Source: a plasmid | DNA length: 64,000 nt | Direction: 5' to 3' (one strand) | Sequence record: NZ_CP064874.1 | Shown: positions 46,253-55,439 of the stretch, one piece after another | Position numbering within the stretch: position 1 is the first letter of the stretch | How the letters are laid out: each line of letters starts with the position of its first letter | Position numbers and translations under genes: made by a program | Notes under the pieces: model-generated | Told to the model about the DNA's origin: nothing | The model's database searches: none | Seen by the model: only the letters and a program-made list of their open reading frames with translations

Positions 46253-48927
46253 TCAGAAGAGCCCTTCCGCAGTCGTGCGTCCGTCCCCGCTGAGCCGAAC
46301 AAGTTCAGCCCAGGAGTTGATCAGCGCGTTGTACCGTTCCTGATCTGTGGTTCGACCTTTGCGTGCAGCAATATCGTGCAATCGGTAGGCCAGCGCCATC
46401 GCCGGGTCGTGTAGGTCGGACAACCGAGCCATCAACTTGGCCGAGGCGAGTTCGCCGCCACCGTCGATCAGGCGGTCGGCAAGGTGATGCACAGCCTCCC
46501 ACGCCGTCGGTCGCGAATCGTTCGCCGGACTCCACTGCCTGTCCAAGCCACCATTTCCGAGAAGTTGCACCTTATTGGCCTGGCTTGTTGCCACTTGAGC
46601 ACGAACGACGTCATCAACACTTATTCCCAGAGGGCGCACAGCCTTATCAGCCTCGCCGAATGCTGCCGGCGCCCAACCGTGGCTCTCCCACCAACGAACT
46701 GCGAACCGCGATTCCGGATCGAGATCGCCTTCCTGCTCGTCGAGGACCTCGGCGAGTGCTTGATTGATCATCCGAAGCGCTTGGTCCACCTGAACGCGCT
46801 GGCCTGCTTGGTCAAGGACCGCCCTGTAGCGGGAGAAGATCTGCATTCCCGGGCCCATGGCGGCCTGAGCGAGGTCGACGGGGAGTATCGATGCCGCCTG
46901 AAGGTCGCGGACGGCGGTCGACAGCTCACGCCGTAGGGCACGGTTGAAATCGCTGAGCGAGCACGTGAGTGATTCGACACCCCTGGGCCGGCAGACCATG
47001 ACGATGTATGAAGCCACGGCGTTGGTGCCCGCGGAGACCATACGTGCTTCTGTAGTTCCGCGGATCGGCCATGAACCAGTGATCTCGAGGTCGGCGGCGA
47101 TCATGGCGGAGAGGATTGCCGACCACCGAGTCTCCTCGCCCTTTCCCGCCTTTTGCTCTTTTGAGGCATAGACCACAAGCATCGGAAGGCCCGGTGCCGA
47201 CGACCTTTCGAGGTTCCCGAAGGTCTCGGTAAACCCCTGAACGAAGTAGTTCGTCGCTTCCTGCTTGCTGTTGCCATGCCGCGAAGCGACTGCAGTTAGC
47301 TCGCCTGCCTTCGGGGCGGCAACAGTCGAGTAGAGGTCGGGGTGCACCTTTCGTAGCGCTCTCCGATGCCAAACATAGAAGAAGTCCGAGATATCCGCGT
47401 ACCCAATCGCGTCGAAGTACGGCGGATCCGTGGCGACAAGTCCCGGTTGGTCAAGTGTTGCGACTCGAGCGTCCGCCCTGCGAACGGCGGCGGGCGCGCC
47501 GCCGAGCGCTGCGTACGGCAACGCTCGGAGCATGGTCTTGACCATACCGAGCCAATCCCCGACCGATCCTCCAAACACGTTGACCTCAGGAAAATCCCAG
47601 GTCATCGGTAGGTTGTGTGTTGAAAGCGCTGCTTCAGCCTTTGCCTGCGGTTGAACGCGCCAAATGGCCATTGACGAGGAGAACTGCGCCATCTTGCCGA
47701 CAGCGAGACCGAGCAGCGATGTGACTGCCGTCGCCCACTCGTGGTCACCGCCGTCCGCCAGGATCCGGTCGTAAACCCCGGCAACCAGGTCCGCGAATGT
47801 CGCGAGCGTCAACTCCTGGCGGGGTTCATCAGCGAGCTCCACGTTTCCATCCCATAGAGGCCGACGCGGATGCTCTGCCCCTCGGTGTTGATCGGTACGT
47901 CGTCCGACTCGACCCGTGACGCGATCGAGGCGATCGCATCCATCTCTTCCGCCAGCGGTTCCCGATACACACGCCTCTTGCCGCGCATCGTTACGACCGC
48001 TGTCATCCGAAGGCCTAGTCGCCCTGCCTTGCCTTCTCCGCGGAGATAAGGTCCGTCGAGGGTCGAACCGCAGTTAGCGCATGAGAAGACGCCATCGCCG
48101 ATCTTCAGCGAGCTAGCAGGGCCCCCACCCGTCTGGCCGGAGACCACCTTGAGCTGGATGGAGCCAGATTCAGCGCGAATGTCGTACCAGGCCAGGTCCC
48201 CGCCCTTCTTGGAGATCCAGTTCGACGTGAGTAGCGGTGTCGTCGCCCCGCAGGCGGGGCTCGGACATGCCGCCGTGCGTGCCCATAGCCATGCGATCGG
48301 TGTTTCGCCCGCCGGCCACGAGTAGGCCGAGCCAAGGCGCTCGAGAGCCCGCTGCTCAATCTCCTTCGCGTAGAACGTCACATCATCAACTAGACCTTGC
48401 AGCGGATGTCCCGTTCCAAGGCTAAAGAGTCCATCGCTGACCGCCTCAGCAATGCCCTGCCGCCCGGCCATCGCCGGAACTATAGAGGCAATTGTTCGTG
48501 AGATGAGCACCGGAACCGGATTGAGATCGGAGCCGTACGCCGGGAGGCCGAGTCGCTGTGCCTCTATGAGCGTGGAGCCGCCTCCACAGAAAGGATCCAG
48601 AACGGGTGGGACGCCGTTCGGGAACTGTCGCGCGAGCACGCGGCGCGCCTCAGACAGGTCGGTGTCGCCAGGGACGTCTGCGCCGCTGCTCACCATCCGT
48701 TTGATCAGATCCAAGAGATACACCCGCTGATTGTCGTCTTCCGGATCATCGACCAGTGCGGCGAAGAGAAGAGCGCGCCACGCGGGAAGAGGCATAGGCG
48801 CGAACCACTTATGCAGGTTGCGGATAGTCCCCGTCTTGCGGTCCTTGTCCGCCTTGCAAGCCGCGTTGATCTCGTCGAGGGGCAGCGCGACCTCGATCAG
48901 CTTCTTCTTTCGGGCTGTCTCGGTCAC
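46253..48927 (-). pseudogene. DUF1156-family N6-adenine DNA methyltransferase, split into two overlapping ORFs (47809..48927 and 46253..47842), indicating a frameshift.
   Basis: N-terminal half: 'KLIEVALPLDEINAACKADKDRKTGTIRNLHKWFA' and 'VLDPFCGGGSTLIEAQRLG'. C-terminal half: 'VATDPPYFDAIGYADISDFFYVW' (DPPY). The two ORFs overlap by 34 nt in different frames. Confidence 0.7.
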
Positions 48928-51900
48928 TGCTGGCTCATCTCCGTTGCGTCGTTCCAGAAGGGCTCCCAGTCGTATTCGACGCGCGCCGCGCGAGGATCGA
49001 TGGGCTGATCTATGGGGTGCCTCAGGTAGCGCACTGTCGTCGTGTCATCCTCCGCTACCTGGACGAGCGCGAGCACCGAGTGGTCGGCCTTGTTCAGCGC
49101 AGTGACCGCTTCCTGCCGGGTGAGCACGAAAGTGCGGCCGCCGACGACGCGGCCCTTCACCTCGATGAAGTCGAGACTCCGCCCGGTGTCGGACTCGATG
49201 TCGTAGCCGGGGTTGTTGTGGTGCATCTCTGTCGGATCGTGCCCGAGCGCGTGCTCGACTCGGAGAACGGCATCGACGGCCAGACGCTCCACCCGCGTTG
49301 TCTCCCTGGCACGGTCAGCTGCGCCTTCCGGGTCAGTCTGAGCATCCAGCCATCCCTGCGTGACGACTAGACAAGCGCCGGTCACCCGAGGCGGGCGAAC
49401 CGAGATGTCACGTTCTTGCTCAAGTTCTCGTAGCCGTCGGTCGAGTCGACGGGCCAGGGCCTCGGCCCGTTCCTGCATTTGAGATGCCGGGAGGCGGGTC
49501 TTCCTGCCCGCTCGCTCCTGTTCGCTCAGCTCGAAGGCACGGCGGTCCCAATAGTTGATCTCGCGAGTAAGGCGCTCGCGAACGAGGCGCTCGGTCTTGT
49601 CAACGCGCTCGATGGTGCGTCGGCTGACTTCGTCAGCGTGCTGCCGAGCGATCGTGACCGATGCCTCGCGAATGACGCGACGGTCTAGATCGGCTGCCTG
49701 TGCCCAAGGCTCACCGAGCAGCGGTTGGCTTGCCTCCACTTCCTCGTCAGTGGGGACCTCGAAGTTCGGGATCGGCGAGCCAGTGAGAGGCGTGATGGTT
49801 CCGTCTTCGTCGATACGGGCGTACTGGGCGCGACGCGACACGACACGAGGCTGCCCATCCTGCGCGATGCGTCCGTCGGTGACGTCGTGTTCGAGGAGGC
49901 TGACAACGTAAGGCTGAGTCGTCAGGTCAGAGCGGTCGACGAGGACCGCTCCGCGACGGAGCGCGTCGATGTAGCGGTCGGAGACGACGCTCATCGTGGC
50001 CGACATCAGCGGGTGGCCCGGGTGTAGGAGCGTCGCGAGGCGGTTGTTGCCGTCTACTCGGACGTACTTCGGGTCGAAGGTGACGCGGTAGTACTCGTCG
50101 ACCACGGGCTGGCCGTAGCCGGTAATGCGGTCGCGCTCCTTGATCTCGCCAGGCACTCGCTTGATCTCGAAGCGGTGGCTCTCGCGCATGCGGAGCTGCC
50201 CGCCCACGTCAGCGAACGCACGGTGAAAGAACGCCTCGACGTGGTGGGGCTGGAGGCGGGCCGCCTCGGCTCGCTCCATCTCACGTCTCATGTCGTCGAC
50301 CTCAGTGTCGCTCATCGCGCCGGGCACAAGCTGGTTCGCCTTCAGCAGCTCGGGGATGCCGTCGGCGATCTTGGGGTCGACGACCTCGGTGAGGTAGCGC
50401 TCGCGCTCCGGCCTGTTTGCCTCGCGGATAGCGGCGATCATCAGGTCGCGCAGTGCGTTGCCCTGGAAGAGCTGACCGAGGACGTCGTAAACGCGCCCGC
50501 CGAGCGTGGCGCGCTGCTCCTCGAGCTTCTCCAGCAGCCGCGTGTACACATCGCCCTCGCGGGTGTCATCGGCGACGAGCGACCACATGAAGCACGTGTT
50601 GGGCTGACCAATACGGTGCACCCGCCCGAAGCGCTGTTCGATGCGGTTGGGGTTCCACGGCAGGTCGTAGTTGATCAGCAGGTGGGCGTTCTTATGGAGG
50701 TTCACGCCTTCGCCCGCAGCATCGGTGGCGATGAGGAACACACAACGCTCGTTCTGCTCGAAAGTCTCCTTCGCCTTCTTGCGGTCTTCCCGCTTGGTAC
50801 CTCCGTGGATGGTGATCACGGCGTCGTCTCGGCCGAGGTGCTGAGTCAGACGCATAACCAGGTCGTCGAGGGTGTCCTTGTGCTCGGTGAAGATGATCAC
50901 CTTGCGACGCGCACCGGTGTCATCGCGCATCTCGTCGGTGTCGTCCAAGGTGTCGCGCAGGGCATCCCACTTGGCGTAGGTGGGTGACGATTTCACAGCA
51001 GACGACTTCACGAGGAGCCGATCGACGACGAGGATCTCGGTCTCGAGTTCCTCCGGCGTGCGTGCGGTCGTGGCTCCAGCGATCGCCTGGTCTTCGAGCG
51101 CCTCGCGTTCCTCGTCGGTGAGGTCTTCCAGGTCGTCCCAGTCCTCGGGCACATCGGGGGTGTCCGACTTCACTGCGGCGTACATGCGCGCTTCGCGCAG
51201 CTCGGACTCAAGGCGTGCCTTGCGGCGTTCGAGGGAGCGGTGGATCGCCGCGGGTGATGAAGCAAGGCGACGCTGGAGCGTCGTGAGCGCGAACCCGACG
51301 GCAGTCCGACGACGATTGTCACCCTCGATCGCATCGGCGCGGTTCATCTCGTCACGGACATAGTCGGTGACGGCGACGTAGAGGTCCTTCTCGGCCTGGG
51401 ACAGCTCGTACTTGACCGTGAACGCGAAACGCTCGGGGAACAGTCGCGTGCCCTCGAACGTACGAAGCTCCTCCTTGACCAGACGGCGCATGAGATCCGA
51501 GACGTCGACCTTGCGGCTTCCCTCCCGGGCGACGCCCTCGAAGCGGTCGGAGTCGAGCAGCGCCATGAAGAGCTGGAACTGCTCCTCTTTCCCGGAGTGG
51601 GGCGTCGCGGTCATCATCAACAGATTGCGCGCGTGTTTCCCCAGCTCCTCGGCCATCTGGTAACGCTTGGTCTTCTTGACCTCGTTGCCCCAGACCGTGG
51701 CCGACATCTTGTGGGCTTCGTCGAAGATGATCAGGTCCCAGTCGACCTCACGGGCCTTGTCGAGGATGCCTTCGCTGTTCCGCGCGAGGACGTCGAGTCG
51801 TGCTAGCCAGAGCCCGCCTCGTGCGAAGGGGTTGCCCTCGTGAAGGATCTTGTCGCGAGTGAGGCTCTCGAACTCCAGGTCGAACTTCTCCCGCATCTCC

Positions 51901-52412
51901 TCGTCCCACTGATCGACGAGCACCCCTGGCGAGACGACCATGACATTCGCCGCATCGCCACGGAGCAGGAGTTCCTTGATGAGCAGGCCCGCCATGACCG
52001 TCTTGCCGGCACCCGGATCGTCGGCCAGAACGTAGCGCAGCGGCTGCTTGTGGAGCATGATCTCGTAGACCGCGCGCAGCTGATGCGGCAGCGGCTGCAC
52101 GTCGCTGGTGCCGAGGGCGGCCTGCGGATCGAAGAGGTACGCGAGCTTCATCCGACGCGCCTCAGCGGCCAGGAGGAACGAGTTGGGGTCCGCATCGAAG
52201 CTGAATACTTGGCCGGCCACGACCTCGCGCACCTGCGAGATCGCGTTGGCGAAGACGATCTTCTCGCCAAGCCCGGTGTCGGTACGATATGCCACGTTCG
52301 CCGAGTCGTCAGTGAGGCGCTCGACGGCAACGATCTTCACCGGATCAGGCCCTGCGAGGCCGGTCACGGTCGCGCCAACACGGACGAGATCAAACATCGA
52401 TGAGGTCGTCAC
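48924..52412 (-). CDS. SNF2-family helicase with a C-terminal DUF3883-like domain; helicase partner of the DUF1156/DUF499 module.
   Basis: 'LADDPGAGKTVMAG' (motif I), 'LIIFDEAHKM' (DEAH), helicase-C region. C-terminal '...DIESDTGRSLDFIEVKGR...' block. Confidence 0.85.
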   Translation of the reverse strand: MTTSSMFDLVRVGATVTGLAGPDPVKIVAVERLTDDSANVAYRTDTGLGEKIVFANAISQVREVVAGQVFSFDADPNSFLLAAEARRMKLAYLFDPQAALGTSDVQPLPHQLRAVYEIMLHKQPLRYVLADDPGAGKTVMAGLLIKELLLRGDAANVMVVSPGVLVDQWDEEMREKFDLEFESLTRDKILHEGNPFARGGLWLARLDVLARNSEGILDKAREVDWDLIIFDEAHKMSATVWGNEVKKTKRYQMAEELGKHARNLLMMTATPHSGKEEQFQLFMALLDSDRFEGVAREGSRKVDVSDLMRRLVKEELRTFEGTRLFPERFAFTVKYELSQAEKDLYVAVTDYVRDEMNRADAIEGDNRRRTAVGFALTTLQRRLASSPAAIHRSLERRKARLESELREARMYAAVKSDTPDVPEDWDDLEDLTDEEREALEDQAIAGATTARTPEELETEILVVDRLLVKSSAVKSSPTYAKWDALRDTLDDTDEMRDDTGARRKVIIFTEHKDTLDDLVMRLTQHLGRDDAVITIHGGTKREDRKKAKETFEQNERCVFLIATDAAGEGVNLHKNAHLLINYDLPWNPNRIEQRFGRVHRIGQPNTCFMWSLVADDTREGDVYTRLLEKLEEQRATLGGRVYDVLGQLFQGNALRDLMIAAIREANRPERERYLTEVVDPKIADGIPELLKANQLVPGAMSDTEVDDMRREMERAEAARLQPHHVEAFFHRAFADVGGQLRMRESHRFEIKRVPGEIKERDRITGYGQPVVDEYYRVTFDPKYVRVDGNNRLATLLHPGHPLMSATMSVVSDRYIDALRRGAVLVDRSDLTTQPYVVSLLEHDVTDGRIAQDGQPRVVSRRAQYARIDEDGTITPLTGSPIPNFEVPTDEEVEASQPLLGEPWAQAADLDRRVIREASVTIARQHADEVSRRTIERVDKTERLVRERLTREINYWDRRAFELSEQERAGRKTRLPASQMQERAEALARRLDRRLRELEQERDISVRPPRVTGACLVVTQGWLDAQTDPEGAADRARETTRVERLAVDAVLRVEHALGHDPTEMHHNNPGYDIESDTGRSLDFIEVKGRVVGGRTFVLTRQEAVTALNKADHSVLALVQVAEDDTTTVRYLRHPIDQPIDPRAARVEYDWEPFWNDATEMSQQ

Positions 52413-52486
52413 GACTCTCGTTCACTCCCTCGGTTGGCAAGTTGATCAGGATACGTTGGGCCGGCGACATTGCGGCCGATCGGGGG

Positions 52487-52669
52487 CTAGTCTGTGGCGC
52501 CGGCATCCCCTCGACGCACCCAGTCGTCGACCTCGCTCGCCTGGAACTTCCACAGGCGCCCGACCTTGTGCGCCGGCATCCCCTTGTCGGAGATCCAGGC
52601 ATAAATCGTGTCTTTCGTCACACCCAAGTGCTCAGCGATGTCGTCGGCAGAGAGCCATGGTTCGGACAT
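52487..52669 (-). CDS. xis: Excisionase/AlpA-family HTH DNA-binding protein.
   Basis: 60 aa; 'LSADDIAEHLGVTKDTIYAWISDKGMPAHKVGRLWKF'. Confidence 0.75.
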   Translation of the reverse strand: MSEPWLSADDIAEHLGVTKDTIYAWISDKGMPAHKVGRLWKFQASEVDDWVRRGDAGATD

Positions 52670-52717
52670 TCACGCCCCTATGCAGATTGAGCCGGAAGTT
52701 TCCGGGTATGACCGAGC

Positions 52718-53539
52718 CTACCCCGAGCGCTCGGTATCCGAGCCATCGCCATTCGCCCTTGTCGTGCCCTCGCCGCCAATCACCTCGAGAAGCTCCTCGA
52801 GCTGTAGGTGAAGGACGTCGTAGGCCTGCATGTAGAACATGTGATCCATGGCTGACGGCGGTGTGTCGTCGAGGTCCGCGAGTACCTCTCGAGCCTCGCG
52901 GATCGCTGTCTGCAGCCGGGTCTCGATTCCGGGCAGGCTCTGGATCCAGGCGTCGATCACGCTGAACGGGATCGGTGCGAAGCCGTAGGCGTCGACGCCG
53001 ACATGGAACTGGTGGCCGTTGGGGCCGTGGTCGCGGGCATGCGTGTGCCCGTGGAGAAGCGGGATGCCGTCGTCCCAGCGCGGGCGATGCGACGTGTGTC
53101 GATCCTGTTCCTGGCTGTCACCGCCGTACGGGTAGTGCGAGGCAATGATCCTGTACCCGTGGCGCGTCCCTTCGATCACCTCTGGGAGGATCTCCCACCC
53201 CGCCGCTTCGTACATGGGCGTGAATCTCTCGATCGCCCGTTTCGACTGGGTTGCGGGCGAGACGCGATCGTGGTTCCCAGGCACGAGTAGCTTGCGCCCG
53301 TTGAGCCGCGCGGTGAGCCCGATCGATTCCTCGATCGGACCGAGTGCTACGTCACCAAGGTGCAGGACGACGCTGCCTGGTGAGACCGTGTCGTTCCACC
53401 GGCGCACAAGGTCGTCGTTCATCTCGTCGACCGTGGAGTATGGCCGACCGGCCAGCTCGCTGATGCGGGCGTGGCTGAAGTGGGTGTCGGAGGTGACGAA
53501 GTCGACCTGGTCGAAGTCAAACCACGGATATTCACGCAT
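52718..53539 (-). CDS. Calcineurin-like metallophosphoesterase.
   Basis: 'DTHFSH', 'LHLGDV', 'GNHD' and 'GHTH' metal-binding motifs. Start taken at the internal 'MREYPWFDF'. Confidence 0.7.
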   Translation of the reverse strand: MREYPWFDFDQVDFVTSDTHFSHARISELAGRPYSTVDEMNDDLVRRWNDTVSPGSVVLHLGDVALGPIEESIGLTARLNGRKLLVPGNHDRVSPATQSKRAIERFTPMYEAAGWEILPEVIEGTRHGYRIIASHYPYGGDSQEQDRHTSHRPRWDDGIPLLHGHTHARDHGPNGHQFHVGVDAYGFAPIPFSVIDAWIQSLPGIETRLQTAIREAREVLADLDDTPPSAMDHMFYMQAYDVLHLQLEELLEVIGGEGTTRANGDGSDTERSG

Positions 53540-53945
53540 CGCCGACTGAAGCTCCGGACTCAGTTTCGTTGAGGCCGAACGCCCGCCGGAGCGTGCGCTC
53601 CGCGTCGCCTGCGGGCTCGGGAGGCAGCTGGGCGATCTCGCTCTGCAGCTGCTCCCGCGCATCTTCGATCAGTCCCCGGTTCTCGTCGCGCCACTCCCGA
53701 ACGCCAGAGTCGCGCAGAAGCCCATGCCCTGCACTGCCGTCGTATCCGAGTAGTAGCTCTGTGCCGAGGGCGGACGCCATGACGCGTGCATCGACGGTGC
53801 GGCTCGCGCGCAGGATGGACAGCGTCGTTGCGGCATCCGCGCCCGACACGTCGACGCGGTAGTTCTGGATGTCGCCGTGCTCGGTTGTCTCGGTGCCGAC
53901 ATGAGTGACGACGATGGTGCGATCGCCGATGATGATCTCGCGCAT
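53532..53945 (-). CDS. Hypothetical protein (~137 aa).
   Basis: ORF tightly coupled to the phosphoesterase gene; start is one of two nearby Met codons. Confidence 0.4.
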   Translation of the reverse strand: MREIIIGDRTIVVTHVGTETTEHGDIQNYRVDVSGADAATTLSILRASRTVDARVMASALGTELLLGYDGSAGHGLLRDSGVREWRDENRGLIEDAREQLQSEIAQLPPEPAGDAERTLRRAFGLNETESGASVGDA

Positions 53946-53976
53946 GCGACCTCCTGACATCGAGCCGGCCAAGCTA

Positions 53977-54360
53977 TCAGCAGTTGACGCCGGCGCGGCC
54001 GTGGATACGCCCTGGCCGAACGACGTCGTCGTGTCCCGGAATGTAGGCAATCGCGCCGAGTCGGGACCAGTAGCTGATCAGCCAACGGTGCAAGAGATCG
54101 GTCTGCTCGCGGCGTTCGAGCAAGGTGCGGTCCGGGTCTTCGATGATGTCGTCCCAATCGGGGCTCGAGAACACGGCATCGATCAGCTCGGCGCACGATG
54201 GGCCGGTACCGTGTCGATCCCACCACGCGAGAGTCAGTCGCCCTGCTTGGGTTGCGTTCGTGGAGCCCCCGGGTTCTTCGATGGTCCCGATGAGTGCGCT
54301 GAGGTAGGGATCTTCGGCGGCCAGGACGAAGGAATCTTGGTTCAGTTCCGCCGCGCTCAT
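53977..54360 (-). CDS. Hypothetical protein (127 aa, 'MSAAELNQDSFVLAAEDPYLSALIG...').
   Basis: ATG 54360. The longer track ORF reads through the IS end and is rejected. Confidence 0.45.
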   Translation of the reverse strand: MSAAELNQDSFVLAAEDPYLSALIGTIEEPGGSTNATQAGRLTLAWWDRHGTGPSCAELIDAVFSSPDWDDIIEDPDRTLLERREQTDLLHRWLISYWSRLGAIAYIPGHDDVVRPGRIHGRAGVNC

Positions 54361-54432
54361 ACAGTGCAGAATGCCATACGGATTAGGGCGTGTCTGACAA
54401 AGGTTGAGGGGATCGGTTGAGACGCTGGAGCG

Positions 54433-54828
54433 GTGACGCGGTTTCGGTTGCTTACGGATGCTCAGTGGTCTCTGATCGATGGGATGTTGCCGAGGCCGAC
54501 GGGTCGCCCGGGTCGGAAGTTCTCGGACGCGCGGACGATGCTGGAAGGGATCATTTACCGGTATCGGTGCGGGATCGCGTGGCGCGATCTTCCTGCAGTG
54601 TTCGGCCCGTGGCAGACCGTGTGGACCTGGCATCGCAGGCTCGCGACCGAAGGCACCTGGGACTCGATCGTGCAGTCGCTGATCGCGCAGGCCGACGCCG
54701 AGGGGCTGGTGGACTGGTCGGTATCGGTGGATTCGACGATCACGCGGGCGCATCAGCACGCGACGAACACGAGTCGCCCCACAGGGGGCTGTATCGAATT
54801 ACACGAATCCGGGCGTCGAGCCGCCTGA
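54433..54828 (+). CDS. IS5-family transposase orfA (DUF4096-like).
   Basis: 'MTRFRLLTDAQWSLIDGMLPRPTGRPGRKFSDARTMLEGIIYRYRCGIAWRDLP'. Confidence 0.85.
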   Translation: MTRFRLLTDAQWSLIDGMLPRPTGRPGRKFSDARTMLEGIIYRYRCGIAWRDLPAVFGPWQTVWTWHRRLATEGTWDSIVQSLIAQADAEGLVDWSVSVDSTITRAHQHATNTSRPTGGCIELHESGRRAA

Positions 54829-54910
54829 TCATGCTATCGGCCGCTCCCGGGGCGGCCTGTCGACGAAGATCCACCAGCTCGTTGACGGGAAGGGGCTGCC
54901 GCTGGTCACG

Positions 54911-55327
54911 GTGATCACCCCCGGACAGGCCGGTGATTCGCCGATGCTGCTGCCCTTGCTGGATCAGCTTCGCGTGGGTCGCCCCGTCGGTCGCCCTCGC
55001 ACCCGCCCGGACGCGGTCCGGGGCGACAAGGCGTACTCGTCCCGCGCGATCCGGTCACGCTTGCGGGGGCGTGGGATCAAAGCCGTGATCCCCGAGCCCC
55101 GCGACCAGCAGGGGCACCGGAAGCGTCGCGGTTCACGAGGCGGAAGGCCTGTCGGGCTCGACACCGACGACTACAAGAACCGCAACGTGATCGAACGCCG
55201 GTTCTGCCACGCCAAGCAATGGCGAGGCCTCGCGACCCGCTACGACAAACACGCGATCACCTACCGCGCCGCCGTCCTCATCCACGCCGCCATCGCCTGG
55301 ACCAGAACGCTGTCAGACGCACCCTAG
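54911..55327 (+). CDS. IS5-family transposase orfB (DDE domain). Its frame extends upstream ('RSRGGLSTKIHQLVDGKGLPLVTV...'), consistent with a frameshift-fused transposase.
   Basis: 'GDKAYSSRAIRSRLRGRGIKAVIPEPRDQ...NRNVIERRFCHAKQWRGLATRYDK'. Confidence 0.85.
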   Translation: MITPGQAGDSPMLLPLLDQLRVGRPVGRPRTRPDAVRGDKAYSSRAIRSRLRGRGIKAVIPEPRDQQGHRKRRGSRGGRPVGLDTDDYKNRNVIERRFCHAKQWRGLATRYDKHAITYRAAVLIHAAIAWTRTLSDAP

Positions 55328-55439
55328 CCGGCTGGCCCTGAGTCCGATGAGACGTCGCACAACCGAAGGGATACGAGGCGGTCGCCCTGTCATGGTTCAC
55401 TCGGCGGCGCGCCGGGCGCCGCCTGGCGGAGCCGCCCTC

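Larger units (their letters stand above)
54383..55327 (+). mobile_element. IS5-family (IS427-group) insertion sequence, copy 1 (945 bp).
   Basis: Ends TAGGGCGTGTCTGACAAAGG ... GCTGTCAGACGCACCCTAG; identical to copy 2. The orfB stop TAG lies in the terminal CTAG. Confidence 0.85.

Noticed and set aside
53977-54759. 260-aa minus-strand ORF and the 54417..54914 (+) ORF reading across the IS5-family element end.
   Set aside because: They run through the IS terminal repeat and the transposase orfA on the wrong strand or frame. Only the 54360-start 127-aa product is plausible.
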